Source: Eubacteriales bacterium (GTDB lineage: Bacteria; Bacillota; Clostridia; Oscillospirales; UMGS1783). Taken from it: a stretch of 64,000 nucleotides of DNA. Below are positions 20,349 to 29,995 of the stretch, piece by piece (within the stretch, counting starts at the first letter, position 1; the number at the start of each line of letters is the position of its first letter). Made by a program: the position numbers and the translations under genes. Location of the stretch: assembly GCA_045541395.1 (NCBI GenBank), contig JAZQIZ010000009.1:20302-84301 (forward strand), in the 5' to 3' direction. The notes under the pieces were generated by a model. The model did no database searches and was not told the origin of the DNA. It worked only from the letters and a program-made list of their open reading frames with translations.

Positions 20349-20380
20349 AAACTGACATCCTATGAAAGAAGGTATAAGGA

Positions 20381-23300
20381 TTGAGCGAAAATAAAAATAA
20401 TCCAAACGAATTCAATAACAATGAAAATAACTCAGGTTTTTTAAGTGACGGTGAGATATCCCGTCTTAACTCTGAGGAACTGTCTTTAATGGATAACGCA
20501 AATACAGATGAGCCTTTAGAAGAAATATTACAGGCGCCCGTTGAGTCTGCATTTAACGCGGAGGATCTTGCTCTTTTCCGCGCTATCAGAGAAGAAGCCA
20601 GAAAAAATGCAAAGGAAGAACCGGAAGCTCCGGTTGAAGCTATAAATGAGGAAGATAAAACCCTTATCAATACTTTCAGCGTTAAAGAAGAGCTTACGGA
20701 AGAGGATCCTAATAATTTTGGAGAGACTATTGTAGTTGCATCCTCCGGCACCGAGGGCTCACAGGACGGGGCGGATGTGGAAAAGGCTCAAACCATTAAA
20801 ATAGATTCCCCTGAAGAAGAAAAAAAGAATAGAAAAAGAGGGAAAAAGGGTCCCAAACGTCCTTGGTGGCAGTCGATCCTGCTAGGAATATGGTCTGTAA
20901 TAAAGGTCATCTTCTGGTACGTTTGCATTGCTGCAGGCGCAGTTGCAGTTGGCCTTCTCATTTTCTCCCTTTGTATAGATCAGTTTGAGGATCCCGATCT
21001 GGATGCTCTCTTTGCTAACCGCCAGCTTGCTCAGACGACCGAGATATATGCAAAGGACCCTGAGACCGACGAATACGAACTTGTAAAAGAAGTATATCTT
21101 GATGAAAACCGTGAATGGATCAATATTGAAGATATGCCCAAGTGCCTTATAGATGCTCTTGTTTCTATAGAAGACGAACGTTTCTGGAAGCATAACGGTG
21201 TTGACTGGAAGCGTACCACAGGTGCTATTATTAAATATATTGCCGGTGTTGACGATTACGGCGGATCTACAATTACTCAGCAGCTCATTAAGAATATAAC
21301 AGGTGAGGACGATTATGCCTGGCAGAGAAAGGCCAAGGAAATTCTTCGAGCTCTGTATATAGAAAAGAAGTACGATGATAAGAATATTATTCTTGAATAC
21401 TATCTTAACACAGTATATTTCAATTACCGTGCTTACGGCGTAGGCGTTGCTTCTGAAATGTATTTCGGTAAGCACGTTTCTGAACTTAATGCCGCTGAGG
21501 CGGCAAGCCTTGTGGCAATAGTTCAGAAACCTGCTGTTTATGAGCCCTATTACAATCCCGATAATAACGCCGAAAGAAAAGAGCTCGTACTTGAAAAGAT
21601 GCTGGAGCTTGGCTATCTTACTCAGGAAGAATTTGATTATTATATTGATTACCATATCAGTTTTAATCCCAAGGGTATGGAAATGCAGTATGAAACCGAT
21701 AACAGTTATTATATAGATCAGGTTATAAACGACGTTATACGTGATATTTCCGAGCAAATGGAAATTACCCCCGAAGCTGCGGAAATTTATTTCTACAGCG
21801 CAGGTCTTAAGGTTTATTCCTGCCTTGATCAGCAGGTGCAGGACGTACTTGATCATTATTTCATTGAAGATCAGTCATGGTGGCCGGAAGGCTATATTGA
21901 TGAAGATTATCAGGCCGCTCTTTATATTATGAATCCCTTTACCGGTGAGGTTATGGGTATGGCCGGCGGGCGCGGTGAAAAAACCAACAGAGGTCTTAAC
22001 CGTGCTACACAGTCTCCCCGACAGACAGGTTCTGCCGTAAAGCCCCTCTCCGTATATGCACCCGGCATAGAGGAAGGCGTCCTTAATTTAGGTTCTATTG
22101 TGGATGATATTCCTCTTACCTTCAACGGCAACGTTCCTTATCCCCAGAACGTATCCCGTACCTTTAACGGTCTGACAACAATGTATGATGCTATAAGATA
22201 CTCCCTTAACGCAACACCCGCACAGATACTGCAGGATCTTACTTATGATACTGCCTATGAGTATCTTACAGACCGTTTGCATTTTGAACACCTTGTAGAA
22301 GAGGATATCGGAGTTGCCGCTATGGCAATGGGCGGTATGACCTACGGTGCAACCGTCGCGGAAATGACTGCAGGCTATGCTGCAATTGCAAATAAGGGCG
22401 TATATACCGAGCCTATAACTTACACCAGAGTAGAAGAGGCAAACGGTAAGGTACTCATTGAAAATACTCCTGAAACCAATCAGGCATTCTCCGAGGAAAC
22501 AGCATGGCTTATGCAAGAACTGTTGGTTGACGGTGTTCATAATGGCTTTGCTGCGTTAGATCTTAAAGATATTCCTCTTGCGGGTAAAACCGGTACTACC
22601 GATAGCGGTGTTGATAAGTGGTATATGTGTTATTCACCTTATTTTGCTGCCGGTATTTGGGTCGGCTACGATGAAAACAATATTTCCCTTGATGATGCAG
22701 GGGTAATGGCAACAGTTTCAAGATATGCGTTCAAGTACGTAATGGATGAGGTTGTTGAAGTAAAAGGCTGGGACGGTGGCTCTCTTTCCGAAAAGCCCGA
22801 CACTATCGTTAGTGGTGAATATTGTCTCGATTGCGGCGGTACTCCTACCGAAAACTGCGAAAAGGACGTTCGCGGTGACCGTATAGCCTCTACCTATTTC
22901 GTTAAGGATCAGGAGCCTCCCAAGTGTACTTGTCATACATTGGTTTACATCTGCAAATCCTCCGGTATGGTTGCCCATAACGGTTGCCCCAAGGCCGAGC
23001 AGAAAGCTCTTGTTTTAACCAACAGAAGATTACCGATGAAAATAGGATTGCAGGATGCTTATTATATGTGGATGAATATTCCGGACGGTGTTCCTGTTTC
23101 AGATGAAGGGGTTGCATTCCAGAACGTTCTCGGCCCCGGCAACAGCGTAGGTAAAGGCGATGGCAAGAAGGTAAATCATTTATGTACCGATCACAGCATT
23201 CCTACCGGTAAACAGCCTGAGCTTTATAATCCCAACACCGCGGTTAAGCCTACCTATAAGCTTACTGCAGTTGCAAATGCAAATGCAACATTCTCCTTCG

Positions 23301-23653
23301 GTAATTCCGTAAAGATCAAGGTTGGTAATGATTATACCTTTAAGGTAACGGCAAAAGAAGGTTTCCTTATTTCTTCTCTTACAGCAAACGGTGCAACGCT
23401 TGCTCCCGACAGAGGTAATGATAAGGTCAATACCTACACCGTAAAGGACGTATATGAGGAATACACCGTTGAGGTTATTCTGAAGGAAGATCCAAATTAC
23501 GTTCCTCCTGTGGTGGAAACTCCCTCAGAGCCGGAATCCTCCGAGCCTGAATCTTCTGCTCCTGAAATATCCGAGCCGGAGCTCCCTTCCCTGGATCCTA
23601 ACGATCCAAACTATATTCCACCCACAACTCCACCACCACCCGGTTTATTATAA
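20381..23653 (+). CDS. Class A penicillin-binding protein (PBP1A-like transglycosylase/transpeptidase)
   Basis: EDERFWKH.GVD, GGSTITQQL.KN, RKAKE, GSAVKP (SxxK), SLN and KTGT motifs. Confidence 0.92.
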   Translation: MSENKNNPNEFNNNENNSGFLSDGEISRLNSEELSLMDNANTDEPLEEILQAPVESAFNAEDLALFRAIREEARKNAKEEPEAPVEAINEEDKTLINTFSVKEELTEEDPNNFGETIVVASSGTEGSQDGADVEKAQTIKIDSPEEEKKNRKRGKKGPKRPWWQSILLGIWSVIKVIFWYVCIAAGAVAVGLLIFSLCIDQFEDPDLDALFANRQLAQTTEIYAKDPETDEYELVKEVYLDENREWINIEDMPKCLIDALVSIEDERFWKHNGVDWKRTTGAIIKYIAGVDDYGGSTITQQLIKNITGEDDYAWQRKAKEILRALYIEKKYDDKNIILEYYLNTVYFNYRAYGVGVASEMYFGKHVSELNAAEAASLVAIVQKPAVYEPYYNPDNNAERKELVLEKMLELGYLTQEEFDYYIDYHISFNPKGMEMQYETDNSYYIDQVINDVIRDISEQMEITPEAAEIYFYSAGLKVYSCLDQQVQDVLDHYFIEDQSWWPEGYIDEDYQAALYIMNPFTGEVMGMAGGRGEKTNRGLNRATQSPRQTGSAVKPLSVYAPGIEEGVLNLGSIVDDIPLTFNGNVPYPQNVSRTFNGLTTMYDAIRYSLNATPAQILQDLTYDTAYEYLTDRLHFEHLVEEDIGVAAMAMGGMTYGATVAEMTAGYAAIANKGVYTEPITYTRVEEANGKVLIENTPETNQAFSEETAWLMQELLVDGVHNGFAALDLKDIPLAGKTGTTDSGVDKWYMCYSPYFAAGIWVGYDENNISLDDAGVMATVSRYAFKYVMDEVVEVKGWDGGSLSEKPDTIVSGEYCLDCGGTPTENCEKDVRGDRIASTYFVKDQEPPKCTCHTLVYICKSSGMVAHNGCPKAEQKALVLTNRRLPMKIGLQDAYYMWMNIPDGVPVSDEGVAFQNVLGPGNSVGKGDGKKVNHLCTDHSIPTGKQPELYNPNTAVKPTYKLTAVANANATFSFGNSVKIKVGNDYTFKVTAKEGFLISSLTANGATLAPDRGNDKVNTYTVKDVYEEYTVEVILKEDPNYVPPVVETPSEPESSEPESSAPEISEPELPSLDPNDPNYIPPTTPPPPGLL

Positions 23654-23658
23654 AAAAC

Positions 23659-23683
23659 AGAGGCTTTGTTCTTCAAAGCCTCT
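23659..23683 (+). terminator. Hairpin after PBP gene, just 5' of tRNA
   Basis: agaggctttg-ttctt-caaagcctct with a weak U-tract. Confidence 0.5.
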
Positions 23684-23688
23684 TATAT

Positions 23689-23765
23689 CCGCCCGTAGCT
23701 CAGCTGGATAGAGTAGCAGATTCCGATTCTGATGGTCGGGGGTTCAAATCCCTTCGGGCGGGCCA
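23689..23765 (+). tRNA. tRNA-Arg(CCG)
   Basis: CCGCCCG/CGGGCGG acceptor stem, D arm AGCTCAGCTGGATAGAGT, anticodon loop TTCCGAT, GGTTCAAATCC T arm and encoded CCA; 77 nt. Confidence 0.95.
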
Positions 23766-23799
23766 GAAAAACCGACTTGTTTCGACAAGTCGGTTTTTC
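23766..23799 (+). terminator. Terminator-like hairpin directly after tRNA CCA
   Basis: Perfect 15-bp stem gaaaaaccgacttgt-ttcg-acaagtcggtttttc. Confidence 0.8.
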
Positions 23800-23801
23800 A
23801 A

Positions 23802-23973
23802 TGAAATTCGCCTTACGGCGAGTGAAATAGCTACACTATGAAATACGCTTTCGCGTATGAAATATTTGCTTCGCAAATGTTTAAGAGGCGAATTTTATTT
23901 CACTTTCTGCCTTAGCAGAAAATTTCATAATCCGTTAGGATTATTTCATATCGAGCATAAGCGAGATATTTCA
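23802..23973 (+). repeat. tRNA-associated 4xTGAAAT/4xATTTCA multi-hairpin element, copy 1
   Basis: TGAAAT at 23802, 23823, 23839 and 23858; ATTTCA at 23897, 23922, 23943 and 23968; separated by short hairpins. Confidence 0.85.
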
Positions 23974-24048
23974 TTTAATGAAAAATTTGTAGTGGTTCAA
24001 ATATATAGGTCACAAATTCAAAAAGGTTCGAAATTGTGCTCTCTTTCC

Positions 24049-24085
24049 ATAAAAACAACACCTCCTGCAGGTGTTGTTTTTTTAT
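24049..24085. terminator. Terminator-like hairpin
   Basis: aaaaacaacacct-cctgc-aggtgttgttttt. Confidence 0.6.
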
Positions 24086-24196
24086 AATTACAATAAGAAG
24101 GGATTTGTACCCTCCAACTTCTTTTTTATGCTATTTTCTTGTAATAGAAATTCAAATATGATAAAATAATCATCAAATACGAAGTAAGAGGTTTTT

Positions 24197-26749
24197 ATGA
24201 AAAAAACAGTTTTAGGAATCCTTGCTCACGTGGACGCAGGTAAAACTACTCTTGCGGAAGCAATATTGTATTCCACGGGTAAGTCCCGTTCCTTGGGCAG
24301 GGTAGACAAAGGGGATACAAATTTAGACACCCACAGACTTGAAAGGGAGCGCGGTATAACTATATTTTCCAGTCAGGCAGTATTCAATATAGGAAATATG
24401 GAAGTGTGTCTTCTTGATACGCCGGGCCATATTGATTTTTCTGCCGAAACTGAAAGAGCATTGCAGGTGCTTGACTATGCAATACTTGTTATAAGCGGAC
24501 TTGACGGTGTTCAGGCTCATACCCGTACTTTGTGGCGCCTTTTGCAGTTTTATAATGTTCCCACCTTCGTGTTTGTTACCAAAATGGATTTTGCCCGCAA
24601 TACTCAAACGGAACTTTTATCTCAACTTCAAAAAGAGCTTGACAGCGCCTGTGTAGATTTTTCTAATAAAGAGGCCCGTGATGAAGGCCTTGCCATGTGT
24701 TCTGAAAGGTTACTTGATAAATATCTTTCGGGAGAAGAAATAACTTCCGAGGATGCGGCAGGCCTAATTTTGCGCCGCAGGGCCTTCCCTTGTTATTTTG
24801 GTTCCGGTCTTAAGCTTGAAGGAATTGATTCTTTCTTGAATGGCCTTGAAACTTATACTGTTTCACAAAATTATCCCGATGTCTTTGGTGCCAAGGTGTT
24901 CAAGATCACCCGCGATAAGTCTGATCGACTGACTCATCTGAAAATTACGGGCGGTAAGCTTAAGGTCAAAGATACGGTAGACTTTGACGGTGTGCCTTCT
25001 AAAATCAATCAGATTCGAATATATTCAGGTGAAAAATATGTAACTGTTGATGAAGTTGAGGCCGGAAGTATATGTGCCGTAACAGGGCCCGGTAATACCT
25101 ATAACGGACAGGGAATAGGTTATGAGGCCAATTCTGAAAAACCTATTTTAGAACCTGTTATGAACTATAGGATAGTTCTTCCCAAGGATGTTGATGCCCG
25201 TACTATGTTGCCAAAACTGAAAATGCTTGAAGAGGAAGATCCTCAGCTGCATATTGGCTGGAATGAGTACCTGCAGGAAATTAACGTCAGTCTTATGGGA
25301 GAGGTTCAAGTTGAAATTTTTAAAAGCATAGTTGCGGATAAATTCTCTGTTGATATTGAAATAGATGAAGGCAGGGTATTGTACAAAGAAACAATATCCA
25401 ATAAAGTTGAAGGTGTTGGCCATTACGAGCCTCTGCGTCACTATGCTGAAGTCCATTTGATTTTAGAGCCACTTCCTCGGGGAAGCGGGCTTGTGTTTGG
25501 CAGCTGTTGCAGTGAAGATATTTTAGATAGAAACTGGCAAAGGCTTGTTATGGGGCACCTTTCCGAAAAAAAGCACCTAGGTGTTCTTACGGGATCACCT
25601 ATAACGGATATGAAAATAACCTTAGCCTCGGGTAGAGCCCATATAAAGCATACCGAAGGCGGGGATTTCAGACAGTCTACCTACAGAGCCGTAAGGCAAG
25701 GCCTGATGAGAGCTCAGTCTGTATTACTTGAACCTTATTACTCTTTTCGTATAGAGGTTCCAAGCGAACAGATCGGCAGAGTTATAAACGATATTCGTAT
25801 GCGCAAGGGAACCATGAACCGTCCTGAAGACTTGGGCGGTGTATCCCTTATAACAGGCAAAGCCCCCGTTGTGCAAATGAACGGCTATGCTTCCGAAGTT
25901 GCGGCATATACAGGCGGAAAGGGAAGAGTATTTTACGAGCTTGCTGGTTATGATGAATGTACTGAGACCGAAAAGGTTGTGAATGAGAAAAATTATAATC
26001 CAGAAAGTGACCTTGAAAATTCTCCCGATTCTATATTCTGTGCCCACGGAAGCGGTTTTCCCGTTAAGTGGGATCAGGTGCCTCAGTATATGCACCTTGA
26101 AAGCTGCTTGAAAAAAGAATCGGAAAAAGAGGTTCGCCGTCGTAATTTCAGTATAGATGACAAGGAACTGGAAGCAATAATGGAAAGGGAATTCGGTAAG
26201 GTTGAATATAATCTTTACCGACCTAAGCCTGTATATAAGGAAGAGGAACGGGTTGCTGTTCCGGTGGTAAGAAAGCAATACGTTATAGTTGACGGATATA
26301 ATCTTATATTTGCCTGGGATGAGCTTAATTCTATTGCAAAGGATAGTCTTGAATCAGCAAGAGAGCGGCTTATGAATATTCTTTCTAATTACAGTGCCTT
26401 TACACATATAAACGTTATTCTGGTATTTGATGCCTACCGTGTGCCCGGCGGAAAGGGTGAACGGTTTGAATACCACAATATTCATGTAGTATATACTAAG
26501 GAACACCAGTACGGCGATAACTATATTGAAATGCTGGTTGCCGAAATAGGTAAAAACGAATACGTAAGGGTTGTAACCTCCGACAGGCTTATTCAGCTTT
26601 CCGCTATCCGTTCAGGTGTTCTTCGTACATCCTCCCGTGAATTTATAGGTGAAATAAATAACGTGGAAGGCCAAATTGCAAACGTACTGTCAGATCTCGA
26701 AAAGCAAACCCCTAAAACAACCATAGGCGGTATGTTAAAAATCGAATAA
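24197..26749 (+). CDS. TetM/EF-G-like translational GTPase fused to C-terminal NYN (YacP/Rae1-like) RNase domain
   Basis: AHVDAGKTT, RGITI, DTPGHIDF, TKMD and EEDPQL; C-terminal IVDGYNLIF, VFDA and VVTSD. Confidence 0.85.
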   Translation: MKKTVLGILAHVDAGKTTLAEAILYSTGKSRSLGRVDKGDTNLDTHRLERERGITIFSSQAVFNIGNMEVCLLDTPGHIDFSAETERALQVLDYAILVISGLDGVQAHTRTLWRLLQFYNVPTFVFVTKMDFARNTQTELLSQLQKELDSACVDFSNKEARDEGLAMCSERLLDKYLSGEEITSEDAAGLILRRRAFPCYFGSGLKLEGIDSFLNGLETYTVSQNYPDVFGAKVFKITRDKSDRLTHLKITGGKLKVKDTVDFDGVPSKINQIRIYSGEKYVTVDEVEAGSICAVTGPGNTYNGQGIGYEANSEKPILEPVMNYRIVLPKDVDARTMLPKLKMLEEEDPQLHIGWNEYLQEINVSLMGEVQVEIFKSIVADKFSVDIEIDEGRVLYKETISNKVEGVGHYEPLRHYAEVHLILEPLPRGSGLVFGSCCSEDILDRNWQRLVMGHLSEKKHLGVLTGSPITDMKITLASGRAHIKHTEGGDFRQSTYRAVRQGLMRAQSVLLEPYYSFRIEVPSEQIGRVINDIRMRKGTMNRPEDLGGVSLITGKAPVVQMNGYASEVAAYTGGKGRVFYELAGYDECTETEKVVNEKNYNPESDLENSPDSIFCAHGSGFPVKWDQVPQYMHLESCLKKESEKEVRRRNFSIDDKELEAIMEREFGKVEYNLYRPKPVYKEEERVAVPVVRKQYVIVDGYNLIFAWDELNSIAKDSLESARERLMNILSNYSAFTHINVILVFDAYRVPGGKGERFEYHNIHVVYTKEHQYGDNYIEMLVAEIGKNEYVRVVTSDRLIQLSAIRSGVLRTSSREFIGEINNVEGQIANVLSDLEKQTPKTTIGGMLKIE

Positions 26750-26751
26750 AG

Positions 26752-26785
26752 TAAAAATTGTGCAGAAAAATCTGCACAATTTTTA
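26752..26785. terminator. Bidirectional terminator
   Basis: taaaaattgtgcaga-aaaa-tctgcacaattttta between convergent genes. Confidence 0.8.
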
Positions 26786-27721
26786 TATATTCCAATATTT
26801 TTTGCCGAAATCATCTAGTTCCTTTAAATAGCGTTTCTGGTCTTTCGGAAAGCTTAATCCATGGTCTGCTCCATCAACAATAACCAACCGTTTTTCATTA
26901 GAGCAGTTGTTGTAGTTCTCAACACTCATTGTGTATGGCACAAAACCATCGGATCTACCGTGAAAGAATATTGCAGGTACAGTACAGTGTTTAACCGCCT
27001 CGGAAGGGGAATCTGCCTCAAGATCAAAACCGCCGTACAGCCTTGCACCAAGCTTAATAAAAGGATAAACAAGCTTCTGAGGGAGCTTCATTTCAACAAT
27101 TATTTTTTTAATAATTTCTTTTGCGCTTGTGTATCCGCAGTCTGCAAGTACTCCTACAACGTTCTCGGGAAGTTCGTTTTGTGCCGCCATAAGCACGGTG
27201 GCGGCCCCCATGGAAATTCCTGTTATAATAATTTTGGTTTCTTTGCCGAATTTCTTAATGGCAAGGTCTATCCATTTTAAGCAGTCTTTGCTTTCCTTTA
27301 TTCCAAAAGTAATTGTATGCCCCTGGCTCTTTCCTGCACCGCGCTGGTCAACAAGCAGAGCGTTTCTGTTAAGTGCAAAACATCTTTGCACTCCACCGGC
27401 AAGATCTCTTTGTGCGCTGCCCTTATAGCCGTGAAACATAATTTCAATGGGCCCTCCGGGGTTACATTCATAGTATTTGCCGTACAAAGTAAGTCCGTCA
27501 TAGGAAGTAACCGAGAGCTCCTTGTTTGGTAGGGCGGCGGTTTGCTTTTGCCATTCAATCATAAGTTCTCTGTATTCCTCGTATTCTTTTCCGGGCGGAA
27601 TATCGTATTCAGATGTAGCCTTGCGCTTGAATGCGTAAAAAACTTTAAAATAACAGAATAACGAAATAATAAGTATGAGTATAATAAGCGCTCCTGAAAT
27701 TACAAATACCATTTTCATCAC
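26783..27721 (-). CDS. Alpha/beta hydrolase with N-terminal membrane anchor
   Basis: FHGY, GISMG nucleophile elbow, ADCGY, HG..D.FVP and GADHG; exact start uncertain. Confidence 0.85.
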   Translation of the reverse strand: MMKMVFVISGALIILILIISLFCYFKVFYAFKRKATSEYDIPPGKEYEEYRELMIEWQKQTAALPNKELSVTSYDGLTLYGKYYECNPGGPIEIMFHGYKGSAQRDLAGGVQRCFALNRNALLVDQRGAGKSQGHTITFGIKESKDCLKWIDLAIKKFGKETKIIITGISMGAATVLMAAQNELPENVVGVLADCGYTSAKEIIKKIIVEMKLPQKLVYPFIKLGARLYGGFDLEADSPSEAVKHCTVPAIFFHGRSDGFVPYTMSVENYNNCSNEKRLVIVDGADHGLSFPKDQKRYLKELDDFGKKYWNI

Positions 27722-27820
27722 CTAACAGTATTTTATCATCATTTTCTTCTGTTTTCAATTATAATTATCTTGCTTTTTATGAGCCTTTCCTTTACAATAT
27801 AAAAGACGAATTTAAAGGAG

Positions 27821-29095
27821 ATGCTAATGGAAGTAAATTATAAAAATAAAAAACGTTACAATACAGCAAAATATCCTATAAGACAGCCGGTCATAATCGT
27901 TTGGCTTATTTGGCTTTTATCTAAAATAATGCTTTTGAATAAAAAATATAAGGTTGAAAAGATTAATATGGATGGTTTGAAGCCTCCTTATATGATGCTT
28001 AGCAATCATATGTATTTTATTGATTTTGAACTTGCTGCTATGGGTACCTTGCCTTACCGCGTAAGCAACGTTGTCAGTATAGACGGTTATTACCGTCGCC
28101 CTTGGCTTTTGGAACTTATAGGCGCAATTTGTACCCGTAAGTTTACTATGGATCTTCATTTAATAAAATCTATAAACCGCGTTCTGAAAAAAGGCGATAT
28201 TCTTTCTATGTACCCCGAAGCAAGATATTCCCCTTGCGGTATAGAATCTTATATTCCTGAGGCCGTGGGTAAGCTTATTAAAATGAATAAGGTGCCTGTT
28301 GTTGCTGTGGTGCATCACGGAAACCATATCCATTCTCCGTTTTGGAACTTCCGTAAAAAGCGCAAGGCGCCTCTTTATACTACTATGACACAAATACTTA
28401 CTGCAGAGCAGGTTTCCCGAATGTCTGCGCAGGAAATTCATAATACCGTTGTTGAAGCCCTGCGTTATGATGATTATAAATATCAGAAGGAAAATAGTAT
28501 TCTTATAAAAGAACCATTTCGCGCCGAAGGCCTGCATAAAGTTCTTTATCAGTGCCCCCATTGTCTTACAGAATCCAAAATGGCTTCCGAAGGCACCGAA
28601 CTTTTCTGCAAAGAATGCGGCATGCGTTACAATATGAATGAGGATGGTACTCTTACCTGTCTTAACGGTGAAACGGTCTTTTCTCATATTCCTGATTGGT
28701 TCAGATGGGAAAGGGAGCAGGTAAGACAGCAGATCGATAACGGAACCTATTCTTTTGAGGATGAAGTTGAGGTTTATTCCTTGCCGCGCTGTTGGCGTTT
28801 TGTTCCCTTGGGAAAAGCTCATTTAAAACATGATCCGGAGAATGGTTTTGTGCTTGAGGGTAATTACAGAAACAGCGATTACCGGATTCAAAGAAAACCA
28901 TTGCAAACCAACAGCTTACATATAGAGTATGATTATTGCTATATCAAGCCCTTTGACTGTCTTGATATTTCCACCGAAAACGATTCTTTTTATTGCTATC
29001 CTACAAAGGAAAACGTTGTAACAAAGCTTGGCTTTGCAACCGAAATAATATACGAACAAAACCGAACCAAGAACAAACAAAAGACCATATCTTAG
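27821..29095 (+). CDS. Lysophospholipid acyltransferase family protein with C-terminal Zn-ribbon
   Basis: SNHMYFID (HX4D), YPEAR, and CPHC...CKEC. Confidence 0.75.
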   Translation: MLMEVNYKNKKRYNTAKYPIRQPVIIVWLIWLLSKIMLLNKKYKVEKINMDGLKPPYMMLSNHMYFIDFELAAMGTLPYRVSNVVSIDGYYRRPWLLELIGAICTRKFTMDLHLIKSINRVLKKGDILSMYPEARYSPCGIESYIPEAVGKLIKMNKVPVVAVVHHGNHIHSPFWNFRKKRKAPLYTTMTQILTAEQVSRMSAQEIHNTVVEALRYDDYKYQKENSILIKEPFRAEGLHKVLYQCPHCLTESKMASEGTELFCKECGMRYNMNEDGTLTCLNGETVFSHIPDWFRWEREQVRQQIDNGTYSFEDEVEVYSLPRCWRFVPLGKAHLKHDPENGFVLEGNYRNSDYRIQRKPLQTNSLHIEYDYCYIKPFDCLDISTENDSFYCYPTKENVVTKLGFATEIIYEQNRTKNKQKTIS

Positions 29096-29838
29096 ATATG
29101 GTCTTTTATAAATTTTTCTATAATTTGGCCGAATACACTTACTCCGTTTTCGTCTACAGCGTCATCGTGCTCACAGTGCCCGCCGTGGAGTACTTTAGAA
29201 AAAATTTTATTATCGTCATATTTAAAGTGTTTCAGGGTAGATAGTGTAAGCATTGTTTGTTCAAAGCGGTTTTCCATATCGTTATCGGAAACCAAGAATA
29301 TCATAGAGGAAGAATCATTTCCATCCGCACCTATAAAGTACAAAGGAGCGGTTTCGTCTACTATAAGACGTCTTGAATCGTACCCACGCTCTTTCAACAC
29401 ATTAAAATGAGCGGTAGGCTGTCCCGCATTGTGAACATAACCCTGAATGTCGATAGGTTTAAGTCCGTTTTTAGCAAGATAATTTTTATCGAAACACAGC
29501 ATCATAGAGATATATCCGCCGGCAGAAGAGCCGCCTACAAATATTTTATCGCAGTTGCAATAGTTCTTTATATTATTAAATACCCAAGCAACTGCGTCGG
29601 AGGCATCTTCTATAAAGTCGGGGAATTTTGCCTCAGGGTACATTCTGTAATTTGCGCTTGCAACAGCAATATTTTTGCTTGTAAGGTATTCGAAGGGAAC
29701 ACGGTTCCATTCCTTGCACCCCTCTACAATACCGCCGCCGTGAAAGAATACAAGTACTGCGGATACATCATTTTCGGGCAACAGCAGATCTAAAAGTTGG
29801 TCTTTGTCGTTATAACAAATGTCCTTTATTATTTTCAT
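29092..29838 (-). CDS. Alpha/beta hydrolase (HSL-like esterase)
   Basis: FFHGGG, ANYRMYP and GSSAGG motifs. Confidence 0.85.
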   Translation of the reverse strand: MKIIKDICYNDKDQLLDLLLPENDVSAVLVFFHGGGIVEGCKEWNRVPFEYLTSKNIAVASANYRMYPEAKFPDFIEDASDAVAWVFNNIKNYCNCDKIFVGGSSAGGYISMMLCFDKNYLAKNGLKPIDIQGYVHNAGQPTAHFNVLKERGYDSRRLIVDETAPLYFIGADGNDSSSMIFLVSDNDMENRFEQTMLTLSTLKHFKYDDNKIFSKVLHGGHCEHDDAVDENGVSVFGQIIEKFIKDHI

Positions 29839-29995
29839 AATAATACCTCCTTATATGTATTGTATCATTAAAGTGTTTCTGTTGCAAATATGAAAACTAT
29901 GAATGCTTATAGTTTTAAAGCTATAGGATATGAGTGTTTTAGTATTTCTAATTCAGGAGTGCCGGTGTTATAATGGTAGCAAAGGAGTTGATGTA

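Noticed and set aside
23802..23973. CRISPR array interpretation of the TGAAAT repeats (also 58150-58319)
   Set aside because: Repeats are only 6-7 bp, switch orientation midway, the spacers are themselves hairpins, and no cas genes are present.
23857..24087. 76-aa ORF across element copy 1 (also ORFs 58305..58577 and 58399..58656 over tRNA-Pro)
   Set aside because: No RBS, overlaps structured non-coding sequence, and no corresponding ORF in the other copy.
24197..26749. Acquired tetracycline resistance gene on a conjugative element
   Set aside because: 850 aa with an extra NYN domain, and no Tn916-type or other mobility genes nearby.
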